A stretch of 63,723 nucleotides of DNA, counting the filler, from Lenisia limosa (taxonomy: Eukaryota > Protista > Breviatea): assembly GCA_001655205.1 (NCBI GenBank). It is 9 parts of 9 records of this genome, joined end to end, with 100 filler letters (N's around TTAATTAATTAA, not from the genome) between each part and the next. Parts side by side here need not be neighbours in the genome. Positions count along the whole stretch, not along the records: positions 59,078 to 60,990 come from LPNZ01006365.1; positions 61,091 to 63,723 come from LPNZ01005642.1; 7 more parts are not named here. The stretch is one strand, 5' to 3'. The stretch's first letter is position 1. The number at the start of each line of letters is the position of its first letter. The notes below the pieces were generated by a model. It was not told where the DNA came from, did not search any database, and worked only from the letters and a program-made list of their open reading frames with translations. Both the position numbers and the translations under genes were made by a program. Positions 59,848-63,723 of this stretch are shown one piece after another.

Positions 59848-60990
59848 CTAAATGAAAAGAATTCTGGCCAGCTTCTTTTTGGCAACCTTGCGAGTGAGGG
59901 TATTGGAAATGGGGGTGGGAGCTATCAGTGATTCAGTTGCTTCTTCGACACGAAGACCAAATTTGTTCCACTCCACTCAACCTCCTCTATCACATTCTCG
60001 TCAAAAGGTACATACCACATCGGCATACCTGAGCAGTAGGGTGGTTGGGCCCCAGGGTTTTGCAGAGGTCCAAGACAGCCTCTCGCGCCTTGCCGTTGCC
60101 CCACTTCCGGTCCTTTTTGAGGGACGTCAGGAAGTGGTCCAGTGCCACGTCATTGTGGCCCTCAGCCGTCTCCGCCACTCCTGGGGGAGTAAAATCGACA
60201 ATGAAATCAAAAACCCCAAAATAACTCTCAACATGAGGGTTGAAAACAAAACAAACAGTTGCTTCTGTACATAGTGTTAAGGGTCTCACTTCAACGAAAC
60301 ATAAAAAGGTGTATGCTGTGAAGGAAGGTGCAGACGTCCGATCTATTGTTTATGAAATACGCATCCAGCATGAGAAGTTATAACTAAGATAATGAAAACA
60401 CACTCCATCTCAGATCACAATATTCTTAGCAAGACAAGGAGTGACCCCCCTCTCACCAAGGTTTATGTTGACCCCCCTCTCACCAAGGTTTATGTTGACC
60501 CCCCTCTCACCAAGGTTGAAATGATGCTCAGGATTGGAAGGGTCAGTCTCAACCAACTTGACAAGAGTTGCCATCTCGGGGATGGGGTTACCGGCTGTCA
60601 ACTTATGTAATGAAAGCGCGGACCTGAACCGTCAGGAGTAGCCTTACCATAAAGACCCAATTTCATAATCTCACTCGGTAATTTGTACAGCTAGTTCAAG
60701 AGAACAAGAAAATACGTAATATAAACAAACGATAGAGAACATAGAACTCCCTCCCACAGGGCATGGGCGACTTCAGGCTTGTTCATTTCATGGGCGTAAT
60801 CGTTTGCGATTCTGGTGGCAAAGGCCTCGGCTCCCTCAACGTCAGCAGGGTCGTCGTTAAGGTCACAAAGTACTGCGGGGGGAGTAAAATGAAGGAAATT
60901 TTGATGAAAAATATTGGCGTAAAGGTCCTTTCACGAACCCGAATAATCTGAAACTCCAAACAAAAAACAAAAAACAAAACAAGCAATAAC
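59848..60990 (-). CDS. CnoX/YbbN-like TPR co-chaperone, C-terminal part (5' partial)
   Basis: ...PEVAHAL|SALSLHKLTAGNPIPEMATLVKLVETDPSNPEHHFNL|GVAETAEGHNDVALDHFLTSLKKDRKWGNGKAREAVLDLCKTLGPNHPTAQ|VAKKKLARILFI*. This matches the CnoX C-terminal TPR pattern (DP.D..ARF.LA; DR.W.D..AR..L...F..LG; RR.L..LLF). Confidence 0.72.
60443..60517. repeat. 27 bp tandem repeat x3 spanning an exon end and 5' splice site
   Basis: Minus strand AACCTTG|GTGAGAGGGGGGTCAACATA repeated, translating NL-GERGVNINL-GERGVNINL-GERGV. Confidence 0.9.
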
Positions 60991-61034
60991 NNNNNNNNNN
61001 NNNNNNNNNNNNNNNNNNNNNNNNNNNNNNNNNN

Positions 61035-61046
61035 TTAATTAATTAA
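61035..61046. other. Artificial scaffold-joining spacer
   Basis: TTAATTAATTAA between N runs. Confidence 0.97.
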
Positions 61047-61090
61047 NNNNNNNNNNNNNNNNNNNNNNNNNNNNNNNNNNNNNNNNNNNN

Positions 61091-63461
61091 GATGGGAACT
61101 TCACGGAGGTAGCAGCTAGCATTGCGGCAGCACCTTTGACAAACTCCGGATTTGGGGTGTTCTCGGGCACAAAGGACACTGCCTGATTGGCAAGTGCTTG
61201 CTCATATTCAATGCAACCTTCAGGCTTAGCCATGTTGATGGTGGTGAGAGCCTGGGTCTTCTCGAGAGCAGTTGGCTTGCAAGTCATTCGAGGGAATGCT
61301 GGAGTGCAGGGGTAGAGGTTGGGGCAGTTGAAAGGGCAGTGAGTGTTAGTGAAGGAGAATAGTGCATGGAGGTACTGGGTGGTAGGAGCAGGGTAACCTT
61401 GGGATGGTGTGGGGCGAAAGACAGAACCTTTGAGGTAGAGGGAGGGTGGGATTTGGAATGGGTTACACCCAGAGATTTCATAATCACAAGACTCCTGGGA
61501 AGCACTATAACGTTAATTTGCACATATTTATGAGGAGGGGGGGGGTATTGGGGTTAACAGTGAGAGTGCGTCAAAGAAGTTTCGGATACAATAATGTAAG
61601 AATTTCTATATCCCTACCGAATAACTGCTGTGCTTGGACTGCTCATAGCTTTTGCAATCAGCTGGAACACTTCCTCCTTGATGGCCTAATATGGATAAAA
61701 AATGTCAAACAAACATCACTCTTCAAGAAATGTAGATATACATCCAACAAAAACTCACTTTCCGGAATTGGCCTCCTTCCAGCTAGTTATTTGTCTGTAT
61801 ACTGATTGGTTTACTTTGGCGTGGTAATGTGAATCGGCGACTTGAAGGCAGTCAGATATTGTGAAATGGTTATAGCATATTTTCCAAGACAAACCTGAAG
61901 AAAATGACTGGTGAACGACGGCTCAATGATGAATATTATACCGTAAAGTAAGAAGATAGCAGCACACACCTGAAAAGTAAAATAGAGGAATAAGGTATCT
62001 TTCACAAAAGCTTTTACCCTAACTCTAATGTTGCGTGTATTATGGCACCATCTCCGATCATAATCAAGGCGTCATGGCACGATGAGTGTTTGTTTCGGCA
62101 CACTACCTCAAGGCACCGCAAGAAAGCTTCAGTCGAAAAATAAGAACTACTGTTGACACCGATTGCAACCATGTTCCAGTCCTCAGCTGCTTGAACTGAC
62201 TCTGGCTTTGGGGGGAAAAGAACTGGCGACTCAAGAGGATTTTTTTTTCATCGTGAATGGTCTTCTTGGCTTCGGCAGTGTTGGCGTGGGGGGATCCAAC
62301 AACAATGCCTGACGACACTATCTCACCCGACATCGACGTAATCGTGACCGCAGAGGCTATGGGGTCATCCTTCATGTCCTTAAACACCCCCTTTATCCAC
62401 GCATTTTTGTTGTAGAAGAGTATGCGCTGTGATATCCACATCAGATGCACAACCATCCAATAGTACCACCCAGGACTGCATCAGGGTAAGAACTTCCGGC
62501 TTGGACAGGGGAGCTTCAACACATTGAAACCATCAAAAACAAAAAGGAATAAGATAAGAAAATGGTACCCTTGCAAACCTTCTGGTTTCTGAACGTAGCT
62601 TGCTGTATTCTTTTCCAAATATCTGGACTGCATCTTTNNNNNNNNNNNNNNNNNNNNNNNNNNNNNNNNNNNNNNNNNNNNNNNNNNNTCATACCCATAT
62701 CATCATCTCCAGCCAATTTGTAGCGAAGAGCAGTAAGGTCAGTTTTCACGAGCTTTTCAGCTGTACTGGCCAGACCATACGCCTTGATAGCTGCTTTCAT
62801 TTTTGGCTTCGATAGTTGTCTTGGATTTTGAGGCTTTTTAGCGATTCGAACTCCAGCATTCCAGAGACGAGCCATGATTAAGGTGCTCTCTGGCTTCGCA
62901 TGTTAGTGAAATCATAATAAATGAGAAAATAGGGTGAAAATAGTGTGAAAATAGTTAAAACTACTAACAGATATCTAATTATCCAAAAAGTGCAGAGCTT
63001 ACTTGTGTCTTTTCCTGCCNNNNNNNNNNNNNNNNNNNNNNNNNNNNNNNNNNNNNNNNNNNNNNNNNNNNNNNNNNNNNNNNNNNNNNNNNNNNNNNNN
63101 NNNNNNNNNNNNNNNNNNNNNNNNNNNNNNNNNNNNNNNNNNNNNNNNNNNNNNNNNNNNNNNNNNNNNNNNNNNNNNNNNNNNNNNNNNNNNNNNNNNN
63201 NNNTTTTTTGACAAGCTTATGATAGACAAAGCGGGTCAATGAGCGAATAAAAGTTGTTCTTGGAATCACCATTGAAAAAGAACTGTCGCAGTCCATATGA
63301 ATGAAGTCATTGATGGGCGATTTCCAAAGTTGTCGCAGTCAGTATAGGCTTCAATTGCCTTTTTGAGATAATTATTTTTCTCTCTTACAGAGAGATATGG
63401 TTCCCCTGAATCAGGATCCTCTCCGTTCCAAGCATCTTTGAGAAGAGGGAGGGTCACAGGG
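61091..63461 (-). mobile_element. Intron-containing, degenerate pogo/Fot1-like (DDE_1) transposase or transposase-derived gene
   Basis: Motifs occur in the expected order: HTH-psq-like NYLKKAIEAY; SAVTITSMSGEIVSSGIVVG; VNSSSYFSTEAFLRCL; ALIMIGDGAIIHATLE; YGIIFIIEPSFTSHFLQ|VAD; AIKEEVFQLIAKAMSSPSTAVIR; YEISGCNPF. The first catalytic Asp is not identifiable, the frame breaks at three junctions, and no TIRs were seen. Confidence 0.55.
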
Positions 63462-63723
63462 NNNNNNNNNNCCCATTGAGTCTTTCTCCAGTAGCTTTCT
63501 CACAATGTCCTCGATCTTTACTGAGACCCCCCATCTATAATAAGTCAGCAATTCTCTCATCAACAAATATATAACTATACTTGAAGGGAAAAGTGATACT
63601 GTTGCACAACAAAGTAAAACCTCTTACCGATTTGCGGCATGTTTCCTCAGCCTCTTTGTTGGCATCATTTCCGAGTGGCTTGCGTCCCTTCGTAGTTCCA
63701 AAGAAGACAAAAACATCCTCTGA

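Noticed and set aside
3701-61046. Recurring TTAATTAATTAA motif as a biological repeat
   Set aside because: It is always embedded in N runs of uniform length and is a six-frame-stop linker.

Overview
AT-rich, intron-dense DNA from a unicellular eukaryote. It is probably a flagellate, inferred from a JHY-like ciliary gene; the taxon cannot be fixed from sequence alone. The window is not one locus. It is nine draft scaffolds concatenated with N-TTAATTAATTAA-N spacers and has many internal gaps, so adjacency across spacers means nothing. The ORF track mostly shows exon fragments, so I rebuilt genes by hand-splicing GT-AG introns; the standard code fits and all three stop codons are used. Recognisable genes: JHY-like, HGSNAT, ERH, a diverged RasGEF, a complete macroH2A (H2A fold + basic linker + ADP-ribose-binding-type macrodomain), SH3-PH-RhoGAP, eIF3e 3' end, DPH2, NAPRT, HYOU1/Grp170, a long modular LRR protein, a bacterial-type CnoX/YbbN TPR protein with introns, and a spliced degenerate pogo/Fot1-like transposase. 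Several non-autonomous inverted-repeat elements sit in introns. Best leads: (1) a protist macroH2A1.1-like histone; (2) the intron-containing pogo-like transposase, in which three splice junctions are each one nucleotide short; (3) a MITE filled/empty site pair and further TIR/hairpin families; (4) the CnoX-like gene with an in-frame triplicated splice donor.
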